64,000 bases of DNA from Phycisphaerales bacterium (GTDB lineage Bacteria; Planctomycetota; Phycisphaerae; SM23-33). Position numbers and translations under genes: made by a program. Below, in pieces: positions 10,318 to 18,331 of the stretch. Location: positions 1,622 through 65,621 of the forward strand of contig JABGPZ010000060.1 of the NCBI GenBank assembly GCA_018644725.1. The letters are read 5' to 3'. Position 1 is the first letter of the stretch. Every line of letters begins with the position of its first letter. Below the pieces are notes generated by a model that was given only the letters and a program-made list of their open reading frames with translations, was not told the DNA's origin and searched no databases.

Positions 10318-10447
10318 GGTCGTTGCCTTTCTGCTGGACGGTATGATTGCGGCGGATCTCCCGGCCGAGCGCGGGAATGAGTTTGGCGGCGATGGCTGCG
10401 AGAACCGTCCCGAGAAATGCCGCGAGGGATTTCAAATATGAAGTCAT
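10127..10447 (-). CDS. Small N-terminally anchored membrane protein, putative i-spanin (Rz-like)
   Basis: MTSYLKSLAAFLGTVLAAIAAKLIPAL TM segment plus a polar tail. Its 3' half overlaps the lipoprotein gene. Confidence 0.5.
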   Translation of the reverse strand: MTSYLKSLAAFLGTVLAAIAAKLIPALGREIRRNHTVQQKGNDHETNATLDQEIWTTASQARNSSATTEASAPTNHDANLASGATSSSAGAGRRLRDVPPDDHAAS

Positions 10448-10497
10448 GGCGTAGAGTCCTGTTTGTAGATCACGCGAAAAATTGGGGACAGGAAATC

Positions 10498-10692
10498 TTA
10501 TTTCTCGTCGCGGCCTTGTGTGAGGTCGAGGCCGAAGAGGTTGCCGATGGTTTTCAGCCAGGCCGAAACGGTGTCGAGCGCGGAGTCGTCGGCCGGGGTG
10601 GGCGTGAGAGCGACCACGCCGCGCGCGGCGATGTAGAGTGTGCCGACGATGGCGAAGACGTCTTTGTAGTTGGTTTGAATCCAGTCGATCAT
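10498..10692 (-). CDS. 64-aa membrane protein, holin-like
   Basis: MIDWIQTNYKDVFAIVGTLYIAARGVVALTPTPADD... with RBS AAAGGA. TM plus TPTPxDD resembles small phage lysis-cassette membrane proteins. Confidence 0.6.
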   Translation of the reverse strand: MIDWIQTNYKDVFAIVGTLYIAARGVVALTPTPADDSALDTVSAWLKTIGNLFGLDLTQGRDEK

Positions 10693-10706
10693 GGGGCGGT
10701 CCTTTC

Positions 10707-10988
10707 TCAGTGGCCGGGGGTGAGCCGGCCGTGGTGAAGTTCTTCGAGCAGGTGGCGCAGGATGCGCGACTGCTGGTTTTGATTGGCGGTGAATCGTGTG
10801 ATCGCGGCGGTGTTGCGCGCGATGGCATCGGCGAGCGTGCGCAGGCGTTGCTCGTCGCGGAGGATGCGCTGGAGGGCGGCGGTGAGCTGGGTTTCGCGTC
10901 GACGGGTAAGCATCCGTTCGAGCAGCCACAGCAGCCCGATCAGCCCGGCCGGGCCAAACGTAGCGAGGTTGGAAATCAGTGTACTCAT
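10707..10988 (-). CDS. 93-aa single-TM plus coiled-coil protein, holin-like (BhlA/UviB-type architecture)
   Basis: LATFGPAGLIGLLWLL TM followed by an amphipathic helix. Start overlaps the upstream stop. Confidence 0.6.
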   Translation of the reverse strand: MSTLISNLATFGPAGLIGLLWLLERMLTRRRETQLTAALQRILRDEQRLRTLADAIARNTAAITRFTANQNQQSRILRHLLEELHHGRLTPGH

Positions 10989-11953
10989 TCTGCGGGTGCC
11001 TCGATGATGTCGGTGAGTTCATAGTAAACCGTCAGCTGCAAATTCAGTGAAACCTTGCTCGAGTGCGTCCCCGATGGGACGAACAAAAGGTTGAATTGTT
11101 CCCCGTCGTCGGCGACGCGTTGCAGTGCCGAAATCAGCGCGGCGTTGGAAAGCGGTGTCAGCTGCATCGACGCGCACGTCACTTGCCCAAGCAGCGTCGC
11201 GCCCGTACCCAGCCCGCCCGTCCAGCTCGTTGACGCATCCAGGTTGTTCCACGTCGGATAGGTCCCGTCATAGGGCACCTCGGACGGGATGTGGTAGACA
11301 TCAACTACGCAGCTGTTATAGGCGAAAATTTCCAAGATCGAGTTTGGCAATATTGTCACGCCCGGCGTAATCCCCTTGGGGTCCTGGCCATAGCGGAGGA
11401 TGAAATATCCCAGTGCGCGCCTCTCCCCGTCCACCGAATTGTTGTAGACGATCATGCCCGAAAAGCAGAGGTCTGGCGAGGCGTCGGATAGCGTTGCGAA
11501 GTTGGAGACCCCCGCGATGTGCCGCACGCGATAGAGGTGTTCGAGCGCAAGGCGCAACTCGTTCATGTCTTCCGCGTCGATCCAATCTCCTTCGGCCGGC
11601 GCGCGCTTCCAGTCGTATCCCGTCGATCCGATTTGTTGGAGCAGGCCGGTCTCGTCGGGGTTCGAGGTGCTGTGGACGACGAGCGGTTTGTTCTCGTCTG
11701 CTCCCGCCAGCGGCCACACCCAGCGTTGCTGACCATAGGCCTGGCGCGGTGCAAGCAGTGTTTCGATGTCGTCGCGCAGGTCGTTGGGCGGGTCAGACGA
11801 AATAGGTCCACTCGGTGTCGGGACGGGTTCGGGCTCGGTGAAATAGATCGTGCGTCGGCGGTTGAGTTCGCTGCAGATCTCGGTGAGGTCTTCTCCGCGG
11901 GCGTGGTGCGAGATGTCAAGACGGCCGGTTTCGTTTTGTTGGAGATAGCTCAT
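10985..11953 (-). CDS. Putative tail-tip/receptor-binding protein (322 aa)
   Basis: Last gene of the structural block. Two helical 'EL' segments (EICSELNRR, DMNELRLALE) and a beta-rich C-terminus with TWNN...SWT, reminiscent of DNRLRE/CBM-like modules. Confidence 0.5.
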   Translation of the reverse strand: MSYLQQNETGRLDISHHARGEDLTEICSELNRRRTIYFTEPEPVPTPSGPISSDPPNDLRDDIETLLAPRQAYGQQRWVWPLAGADENKPLVVHSTSNPDETGLLQQIGSTGYDWKRAPAEGDWIDAEDMNELRLALEHLYRVRHIAGVSNFATLSDASPDLCFSGMIVYNNSVDGERRALGYFILRYGQDPKGITPGVTILPNSILEIFAYNSCVVDVYHIPSEVPYDGTYPTWNNLDASTSWTGGLGTGATLLGQVTCASMQLTPLSNAALISALQRVADDGEQFNLLFVPSGTHSSKVSLNLQLTVYYELTDIIEAPAE

Positions 11954-12492
11954 GTGTCTACCCGGTATTTGGCGTAGACGGGATGATCGAATGCCCAGCA
12001 GGTCTCAGAGGTCGAACTGGTCGACGCGTCGAGGGCTTCGGCGAGAACGATTTCGTCGTCGTCGAGTGCGCCGCCATCGCCGAGGTTGCGTTCGGCAAGA
12101 TTGATCGCGATGATTTCATCCGCTTCGGTGTCGTCGCTGAAGGTGCCCGCTGGGGTGACGCACTGTGGCTGAAGGGTGTATTCTGCGTCATAGCGGTGGG
12201 AGACGACTCGCGCGGCCACGGCGGTTTTCGGCGCCGAGACAGAAATGAACCATCGGCCTTCGAGGTCGATTGCGATGGCGTCGAGGTCGGCTTGGAGTTG
12301 GCCGCCGGCGGTATCGGCCTCGGCGAGATTGTAGACCTCCATTGTGTCGTCCGATTCGGTGAGGTCTTCGTTGGCATCGAGTTCGAGTTGCTTGGCGGTG
12401 TAGCGATTGTCGGCGTCGTGTGCCGTAATCCGGACCAGTCGGGCTCGGCCGGCGGCGGCCGCCTGGAGAAGATCGTGCGGTGTGGGGGACAT
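11950..12492 (-). CDS. Virion protein with two internal repeats (putative spike/OB-fold-like)
   Basis: Two ~60-aa repeats with shared pattern R(I/V)...Y-T...NLAE...GG.L. Directly follows the hub-like gene. Confidence 0.5.
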   Translation of the reverse strand: MSPTPHDLLQAAAAGRARLVRITAHDADNRYTAKQLELDANEDLTESDDTMEVYNLAEADTAGGQLQADLDAIAIDLEGRWFISVSAPKTAVAARVVSHRYDAEYTLQPQCVTPAGTFSDDTEADEIIAINLAERNLGDGGALDDDEIVLAEALDASTSSTSETCWAFDHPVYAKYRVDT

Positions 12493-12494
12493 GG

Positions 12495-14165
12495 TCAGCC
12501 TTGGAGTTCGAGGATGGTTTGCTGGTTGACGAAGTCGTGGTGCGCGCGGACCACGGCCGGGGCGCGGTTGGCTCGGCAGGACAAGCTGAGTCCTCGGCCG
12601 CCGATGCGGGGGACCAGGTCTCCTGTGCGAAAGGCCGGGTCGAGGGTCGCCAGCGCGAGAGTGGCGCGTGAGGGTCGCGTTGTGTGTGCGGCCTCGGCGA
12701 TGGCGAGCTGGCGGAGTCTCGGTGTGTCGTCGCGAACGATGGCGGGGTCGTGGTGTTTGGACGAGTCAAGGATTTCGTCGTAGTGCGCGTTGCGTTTGTG
12801 CTGGAGGATCACGTCTGGCGCATTGCGGTCCCCTTCGAGGTGGACCGAGAGCACGGCGTCGGAATCGATGGCGGCGGTGATGCGCAGCTCGGCCGTGCCC
12901 GATGCGGCGGCTTGGAAGTAGTCACCGGGAAGTTCGTCGTCGTCGAGGCGAATTGCACATCGTTCGCGACTGGCGACGACGCTGCCGGGGTAGGGCGTCC
13001 ACTCGTCTGTGGATTCCGCGCGATATTCCACGAGGAGCTTCGGACGGCTTCCATCGTCGGGGACGAAGAGCGGCGGGTGGAATTGGCGCATGCGCGAAAG
13101 GGTGAAATCGTCGTGAACCGTCGAGCAGTCGAACGCGGGAAGGGATTTGTCCGCGCCATCTTCGTTGAGGATCCAATAGCGCAGCAGGTCGCGCCGGGCC
13201 TCCCACTGTTCGCCGCGGCTTCGAACGGTCTGGGCGTAGGTGAGTTGCGAGTCGTCTTCCCAGGCGGCCGAAAGTGTGAAGGTCGATTCGTAGCGGCGCG
13301 GTGCGCCGAGGGCGTAGACGGAGGGTTGGGCCGGGCGCGCGGAGACCGTCACTGCCGCGCGGGCGAGATTGGTTTGCGAGGGGTCGAAGGTCTCGCCGGT
13401 TGGCTGAAGCTCGACGCGGCAGTATCGCCCGTCGAGGCCGGGGCGATAGAATCGCAATGTCATCCCTTCGCCCGCGATGGACAGCGATGCTTGCGCGGCG
13501 AGGCTCTCGATGGCTTGGGAAAGCGTCTTGCCGGTGAGCGTGGTTGGCGCGAGTTCGATGTCGCCCGCAAGGGACAGCAATTCGCCCCGGGACGGGGTTC
13601 CCAGGCTGGCGGCTTCGTCGCGAGCGAAGAGATAATTCAGCGCTTCGCCGACGGACCACGGGCGGGAGTCGTCGGACGAGTCGAACAGGCAGCACGCGTG
13701 GCGCAGGGCGTTCGGTTCGGTGGAGCATTGCGTTTCGTCGGTGGTGTTGAACGCCAGCGACGCGTAGCGCTGATGGAGGATGCGGCCGTCTGCGGCGAGG
13801 TGATGGCGGCCGAGGAGCGTGGAGGTCAGCGCGGTGGTGATGATCGGGGCGAGGATGGCGATGGCGGTCTCGCCGTCTTCGTCGAGGCGAAGGGAATGTT
13901 CGTCGACGATGGTTTCGAATGTAGCGGCATTCCCCATCGAGCAGACCAGTTGGACGTGTGAGCCGATGGGCGGCAGGAATCGCGTAAGGTCTCCCCAGAG
14001 CCCGCGCGGTGCGACGGCTAGCTCCCCGCGGCCAAAGGTGGGCGAGCCCAGGGCGGTCCACTCCAGCGCGACGAGGTCGTAGCGACGTTGAGAGTTGACG
14101 TAGACGCGCGGGACGAGGGGCATGGCGAGCGAGGACGAGCTGGCAAACGCGGGGAGGAGGGTCAT
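12495..14165 (-). CDS. Putative baseplate hub/Tal-like protein (556 aa)
   Basis: Real start ATG 14165 (ATGA overlap). Size, position and pattern (PPIGSHVQL, GKTLSQAIESLA...LRFYRPG, DPAFRTGDLV...VVRAHHDF..QQTILEL) fit T4 gp27/Mu gpP-like hubs. Confidence 0.55.
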   Translation of the reverse strand: MTLLPAFASSSSLAMPLVPRVYVNSQRRYDLVALEWTALGSPTFGRGELAVAPRGLWGDLTRFLPPIGSHVQLVCSMGNAATFETIVDEHSLRLDEDGETAIAILAPIITTALTSTLLGRHHLAADGRILHQRYASLAFNTTDETQCSTEPNALRHACCLFDSSDDSRPWSVGEALNYLFARDEAASLGTPSRGELLSLAGDIELAPTTLTGKTLSQAIESLAAQASLSIAGEGMTLRFYRPGLDGRYCRVELQPTGETFDPSQTNLARAAVTVSARPAQPSVYALGAPRRYESTFTLSAAWEDDSQLTYAQTVRSRGEQWEARRDLLRYWILNEDGADKSLPAFDCSTVHDDFTLSRMRQFHPPLFVPDDGSRPKLLVEYRAESTDEWTPYPGSVVASRERCAIRLDDDELPGDYFQAAASGTAELRITAAIDSDAVLSVHLEGDRNAPDVILQHKRNAHYDEILDSSKHHDPAIVRDDTPRLRQLAIAEAAHTTRPSRATLALATLDPAFRTGDLVPRIGGRGLSLSCRANRAPAVVRAHHDFVNQQTILELQG

Positions 14166-14785
14166 GATATGGCCTCGGGGAGAAGGGTGGGTGGCAAGGG
14201 CGTGCGGTCGGCGGCGGCGAGAGAATGGACCGTCAATTCCCCCGCGCTGTCCGAGCGGACAGCCCGAGCGGCGAGGGTGGTCATGCCCGCGAGGTCCAGC
14301 GGAATGCTGTAGTCGCCCGCGGCAGTCCAGGGGACAATCGCGGCGGGGCTGCCTGTGTCGATCGCACCGTTGGCGGCGAAGAGTTCGATCTGCTCGGGAG
14401 GCAGTTGGCCGTCGAGACACGTCGCGTGAAAATGGACCTGCGAGGGAGTGTCCAGTTCGGCGGTGAGTTCTTCGATGCGCGGCAGGCGGATGATCCAGTC
14501 GACGGCCGAGAGTTCGACGAGGGTTTCGACGTGGATTGTGCCGTCCTCGATCAACTCGGGCGAGACGCGGTTGGCGCGGATGCGATAGCTCGCCCCCAGC
14601 GCCAGCGGGAGGGACACGGTCGTTTCGTCGTCGGCGACGGTGGCCACGGGCAACAACGGTTCGCCGATGTGTCCCGCGCGGATGCGGATGTATCCGCCGG
14701 TCCCGATCCCCACGCGCAGGCCGCCGGTGGCGATGGCGGTGAGGGCGGGCGCATCGAGCAGGCCGTTGGGAAAGCGCAGCCGCAT
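14162..14785 (-). CDS. Hypothetical virion protein, beta-sandwich/FN3-like (207 aa)
   Basis: ATG 14785 lies just after the upstream stop. Beta-rich segments (SYRIRANRVS, TLAARAVRSD..GE). Confidence 0.55.
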   Translation of the reverse strand: MRLRFPNGLLDAPALTAIATGGLRVGIGTGGYIRIRAGHIGEPLLPVATVADDETTVSLPLALGASYRIRANRVSPELIEDGTIHVETLVELSAVDWIIRLPRIEELTAELDTPSQVHFHATCLDGQLPPEQIELFAANGAIDTGSPAAIVPWTAAGDYSIPLDLAGMTTLAARAVRSDSAGELTVHSLAAADRTPLPPTLLPEAIS

Positions 14786-14787
14786 GA

Positions 14788-15651
14788 TTACGCTCCCGGG
14801 GTTTCGGCGGCGGCGACGTCTTGGCGCAGGGCATCGTCGGTGACGCTTTGGGTGGTCACGGCCGCGTCGAGTTCGTTGTAGACCGTCAGCTCGGCGCTTT
14901 GGGTGGTTTCGGTTTGCCCCGTCCGCACGAAGGCGAGCTTGCTGGCGAAGCGGTGGAACAGCCAGACGAGTTGTTCGCGGAAGCTTGCGGGCTTGGCGGT
15001 GAGGGTCGTGGAGATCGAGTCCAGGCCGTCGGCTGCGAGCTTGGCCGCAGTGACCGGCGCATCGAGGTTGTCCAGCGTTGCAGCACGGGTTGCGGAATAC
15101 CCCTGGGCATCGAGCGCGGTTTGCAGGTCGGCGACCGTCGCGGGCGTGCGGTCGAACCATCGCACGGTATAGCTGTTGTCCGTCGCGGCGATGTTGGTGA
15201 GGTCGACGCGGACGCTGTCGGCAGGGCCGAGCGCGATCGGCCGCGTGAGCAAACGATAGTCACTCGTCCCGGCCGGAAGGGTCACGATTTGGCTGAGCGT
15301 GGGGGTGGTGTCGGCGTCGAGATAGAGGTCCACAGTCCAGTCGCCAGCGGAAAATTCGCCGAAGAGTTCGATCTGGATTTCTCCCGCAGCCGAGGCGAAG
15401 GGAGTGTAGCTGTCGAGGGTATCGCCGGAGGAGAGGTCCATGTTCTCGGCAGTATGGGTTCGCAGAAGTTGCACGTTCAGGTCCTCCATGGCGGCGGGGA
15501 AATCGTAGGCCGCGTCGGTGGTGATGGGGGGAAGCTCGGCGAGAAGCGCGGGCAACAGTGCGCCGTGGGTCTCGGTCGAAAGCGGGGTCGGGCTGACGAG
15601 ATGAAGCGCGTCGGCGAGGGTCAATTGGTCAATGTCGAGGGTGAATGTCAT
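14788..15651 (-). CDS. Hypothetical acidic virion protein (287 aa), possible fibre/appendage
   Basis: RBS AGGAG before ATG 15651. Thr/Asp/Ala-rich and inside the structural operon. Confidence 0.6.
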   Translation of the reverse strand: MTFTLDIDQLTLADALHLVSPTPLSTETHGALLPALLAELPPITTDAAYDFPAAMEDLNVQLLRTHTAENMDLSSGDTLDSYTPFASAAGEIQIELFGEFSAGDWTVDLYLDADTTPTLSQIVTLPAGTSDYRLLTRPIALGPADSVRVDLTNIAATDNSYTVRWFDRTPATVADLQTALDAQGYSATRAATLDNLDAPVTAAKLAADGLDSISTTLTAKPASFREQLVWLFHRFASKLAFVRTGQTETTQSAELTVYNELDAAVTTQSVTDDALRQDVAAAETPGA

Positions 15652-15662
15652 GGCGGGTTCTC

Positions 15663-16121
15663 CTAGACTGCGTCGGGCAGTGCGCGGAAGAGACACGCGC
15701 CGCGGCAGTCGACGATGTCTTCGAGATCGTAGCTACCCGAGGTGACGGTGATCGTGGCCAGCGGGAGATGCGCAGCGGTGGGGAAGCCATAGGTCTCGAC
15801 CGTCAGTTCGCCCGCGTCGTCGAGATAGATCGAGTTGACTGCGTTGTCGGTGAGGGCCTGGGTTTGGCTGCCGGCATAGAGAACGACGGCCCCGGCGGAG
15901 CTGGTGAATCGACCGGCGCGGACTCCAAAGGTTGCGCTGCCATCCTGGAAGACGCGGAAGTCGCCCGCTCGCCGCGCCACGGTAAGAAGCTGGGCGATCA
16001 TGCGGTAGAAGCTGGTGTAGTATGGCGATTCATAGATCGCGACAAACGGCACGCCGGTGTCGGCGTCGGTGGTGCCCGAGAGGGCGTTGAGCGAATCATC
16101 GCTGGGAAGCAGTTCAGACAT
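15663..16121 (-). CDS. Putative baseplate upper/fibre-attachment protein (152 aa)
   Basis: RBS GGAGG. C-terminal LPLATITV...IVDCR resembles the LPLA.v.v....I.D.R motif of BppU-like tail proteins. Confidence 0.55.
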   Translation of the reverse strand: MSELLPSDDSLNALSGTTDADTGVPFVAIYESPYYTSFYRMIAQLLTVARRAGDFRVFQDGSATFGVRAGRFTSSAGAVVLYAGSQTQALTDNAVNSIYLDDAGELTVETYGFPTAAHLPLATITVTSGSYDLEDIVDCRGACLFRALPDAV

Positions 16122-16812
16122 GGGAAACCTCCAGGGTCAGGTGCTGAGTGGCAGGGTCATAGGCCGTCGGGGCAATCGCCGCAAGGGACGCGGGGGCAAC
16201 GCGGGCGGCGAGTGTGGAATCAATGGGCTCGGACAGTGAATCGCCATTGCGCGTTTGGAGCCGAATCCGCAGCAGGCCGCTACGGGGTGCGCACAGGCGA
16301 AGGGAGATCTCTTCGGCGTCGAAGCCGAATGCTCCCGCGCCGAAGGCTCCGCGTCCAAAGCCCGGGGCGAGGTCGCCGTCGATACCGAATCCGCCGCGGC
16401 CCAATTGGCCCTGGCCAAAGCCCCAGTGCAGATGGGTCTCGTCCCAGATCGTGGCGGAGTCGGCCAGGCGATAGTCCCCACCGAGGCCGTCGTCGCAGAG
16501 AAGCTCGACGCGTTCGCCGGGCAGGTGGCAGGTGCGGCGCATTACGCGATGGCGATGGTGCCAGTCGGGCGGGGGCAGGGATTCGGCGCGGTGGCGATCA
16601 GCCCAGCTGCAGGCGCGGACGCTGGCGCTGGTGGGTGCGCTGGTGGCGCGAAACAGGAAGGTGCGCTGGGCGGGTGTGTTGGTGACGTCGGCGATCTCGC
16701 CATCGAGATAGAGCTGGTGGTACGCTTCGTCGGCGCTGGACTCGAACGTCAGGGCCCACTGGCCCGGCTGGGCGGCGGGACGAACAGAGACAATGGTTGC
16801 CTCGGCGGTCAT
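16114..16812 (-). CDS. Hypothetical virion protein with a GFG-repeat segment (232 aa)
   Basis: ATG 16812 overlaps the upstream TGA. Contains WGFGQGQLGRGGFGIDGDLAPGFGRGAFGAGAFGFD. Confidence 0.6.
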   Translation of the reverse strand: MTAEATIVSVRPAAQPGQWALTFESSADEAYHQLYLDGEIADVTNTPAQRTFLFRATSAPTSASVRACSWADRHRAESLPPPDWHHRHRVMRRTCHLPGERVELLCDDGLGGDYRLADSATIWDETHLHWGFGQGQLGRGGFGIDGDLAPGFGRGAFGAGAFGFDAEEISLRLCAPRSGLLRIRLQTRNGDSLSEPIDSTLAARVAPASLAAIAPTAYDPATQHLTLEVSHV

Positions 16813-17582
16813 GATGCCAGTTCCCGATATTCGAGGGTGTAGCTGCAATTGCAGCCGCTGGCGGTGAGGCGGATTTCGCCGGGCGCGAAACTCTCAAGAA
16901 GCAGATTGGCGTAGACGCGCGTGTCGTCGGTGAGTTGATGAAGTTGGTGGGTTTGGCAGGCGATGATGGCCTGGATGCGGCTTTCGAGACTGGCGCGAGT
17001 GGCCCCGGCGAGAGTGCCGCGCTGGGTGATGGTGCGACTGCGACGGCCGAGGGGCATGACCATCTCACCATCGAGGCCGGGGAATCCGCGGCGGAGGGTT
17101 TTGTGGACCCAGCTGGAAATCTCCAGTCGCGCCGGGCCGGACGAGAACAGCGCATTGCCATCGAGCAGCAGCTCACATGCGTCGGCCGAATCGTCGAAGT
17201 GGCAGGCTACATCCAGAGTTGCGCGCGGGCCATCGAGGCGGATCGCACGGACGGCGGTGGCGTCGCCGGCGGGGAGGTCTTCGCAGAGGCCTTCGCGGGT
17301 GGGGTCGTCCAGCAGCGTTTCGCTGACGAGCTCGGCCAGGTCCATCGCGCGGGCGCGTGCGGCGAGTTTGTTGTCGGCGCTGGTACGGATTTCAACGCTT
17401 AGCTCGAGCTGTTTTTGTCCGCGGCAGTGTTTCGTTGAGACGTCGTTGACGGCCTCGACGATGACGCAGGCGTTGGGCGTGTCGCCGTCGTTGGCTTCGC
17501 GCCCGGACGAGACCCACGCCAGCTCATCCATGGCCCGGAGAGTTTCGACGATGTGATCGAGAATGGTCGCTGCGTGTTGCAT
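16809..17582 (-). CDS. Putative tail-terminator-like plus distal-tail/tube-initiator-like fusion (257 aa)
   Basis: RBS GGAGG before ATG 17582. The N-half ends in LLDDPTREGL (terminator-like). The C-half has FPGLDG...LGRRSRTITQRGTL...YTLEYRE (Dit/P2 gpU-like). Confidence 0.5.
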   Translation of the reverse strand: MQHAATILDHIVETLRAMDELAWVSSGREANDGDTPNACVIVEAVNDVSTKHCRGQKQLELSVEIRTSADNKLAARARAMDLAELVSETLLDDPTREGLCEDLPAGDATAVRAIRLDGPRATLDVACHFDDSADACELLLDGNALFSSGPARLEISSWVHKTLRRGFPGLDGEMVMPLGRRSRTITQRGTLAGATRASLESRIQAIIACQTHQLHQLTDDTRVYANLLLESFAPGEIRLTASGCNCSYTLEYRELAS

Positions 17583-17584
17583 GA

Positions 17585-18229
17585 TTACCTCCGGCGAAGT
17601 TGGACGTTGGCCAGCGAACGTGACGTGTCGCGTTGGGCGTCGGCGTCGGTGTCGGTGACGAGGGTGAGTTGGGTCCGAAGGCGCCGCGCTTCGGCGCGAT
17701 AGTGTTCGGCCTTGATCCAGTTCAGGTCGTCCTGGGCGGCTTTTTGACAGCGGCCAAGGAAGATCGCTGCCAGCGCACGAAAGGCGCATAGCCGCCGGAG
17801 TTGATCGCTGGGGGAAAAGTCGTCGGCGTCGAAATCGACTTCACTTTGGGCGCGAAGCTCTTCGCCGAGAGCGGCGGAGGCTTCGGTACTGTGCGCGGCA
17901 AAGGTGCGCACGCGCCAGGAAAGCCCGGTTGCGTCGGGCGGGGCGACGGGGCCGTCGGTGCTGGACGTGCGCAACAGGGAAACGCTTAGGGCGGTGGGGG
18001 AATCGACGGACAGAATTTCGCAGCAGGTGCCCTCGGCGGGGATGGTTGCGCTGGTCGTGAGGACCATGCCCGGGAGAATGCTGGCGGCGAAGCTGGCCGA
18101 GGCACTGGTGAACGCGCCTGCGGCAAGCGCGCCGTCGTCGCCGGCGGCAAATTGCTGGCAGGCAGAGCCCTGGAGGAACACGAGAGGTTCAAGGGCCAAA
18201 AGATCGCGGTCGGTGCAGAACAAAGTCAT
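17585..18229 (-). CDS. Putative head-tail adaptor/head completion protein (214 aa)
   Basis: Immediately after the capsid gene, with RBS GAGG. FCTDRDL N-terminus and a helical C-terminus (QLRRLCAFRALAAIF...KAEHYRAEA) ending in a beta-strand. Confidence 0.6.
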   Translation of the reverse strand: MTLFCTDRDLLALEPLVFLQGSACQQFAAGDDGALAAGAFTSASASFAASILPGMVLTTSATIPAEGTCCEILSVDSPTALSVSLLRTSSTDGPVAPPDATGLSWRVRTFAAHSTEASAALGEELRAQSEVDFDADDFSPSDQLRRLCAFRALAAIFLGRCQKAAQDDLNWIKAEHYRAEARRLRTQLTLVTDTDADAQRDTSRSLANVQLRRR

Positions 18230-18287
18230 GGGAAACCTCGGGGGAAAGAGTCGAGGGGGAAGAATCGATGCGCGGAAAATCACCGGC

Positions 18288-18315
18288 CGGCGCGACCCGC
18301 GAACGGGCCGCGCCG
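18288..18315 (-). terminator. Stable UUCG-loop hairpin just after the major capsid gene
   Basis: Minus strand CGGCGCGGCCCG-TTCG-CGGGTCGCGCCG, with only a distant, weak U-tract. Confidence 0.6.
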
Positions 18316-18331
18316 ACACACAGTACAACTC

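Noticed and set aside
14166-14834. Arg/Pro-rich N-terminal extension of the 779-aa ORF, and similar extensions on other cluster ORFs
   Set aside because: They overlap real upstream genes in another frame. True starts are marked by ATGA overlaps or SD sequences.
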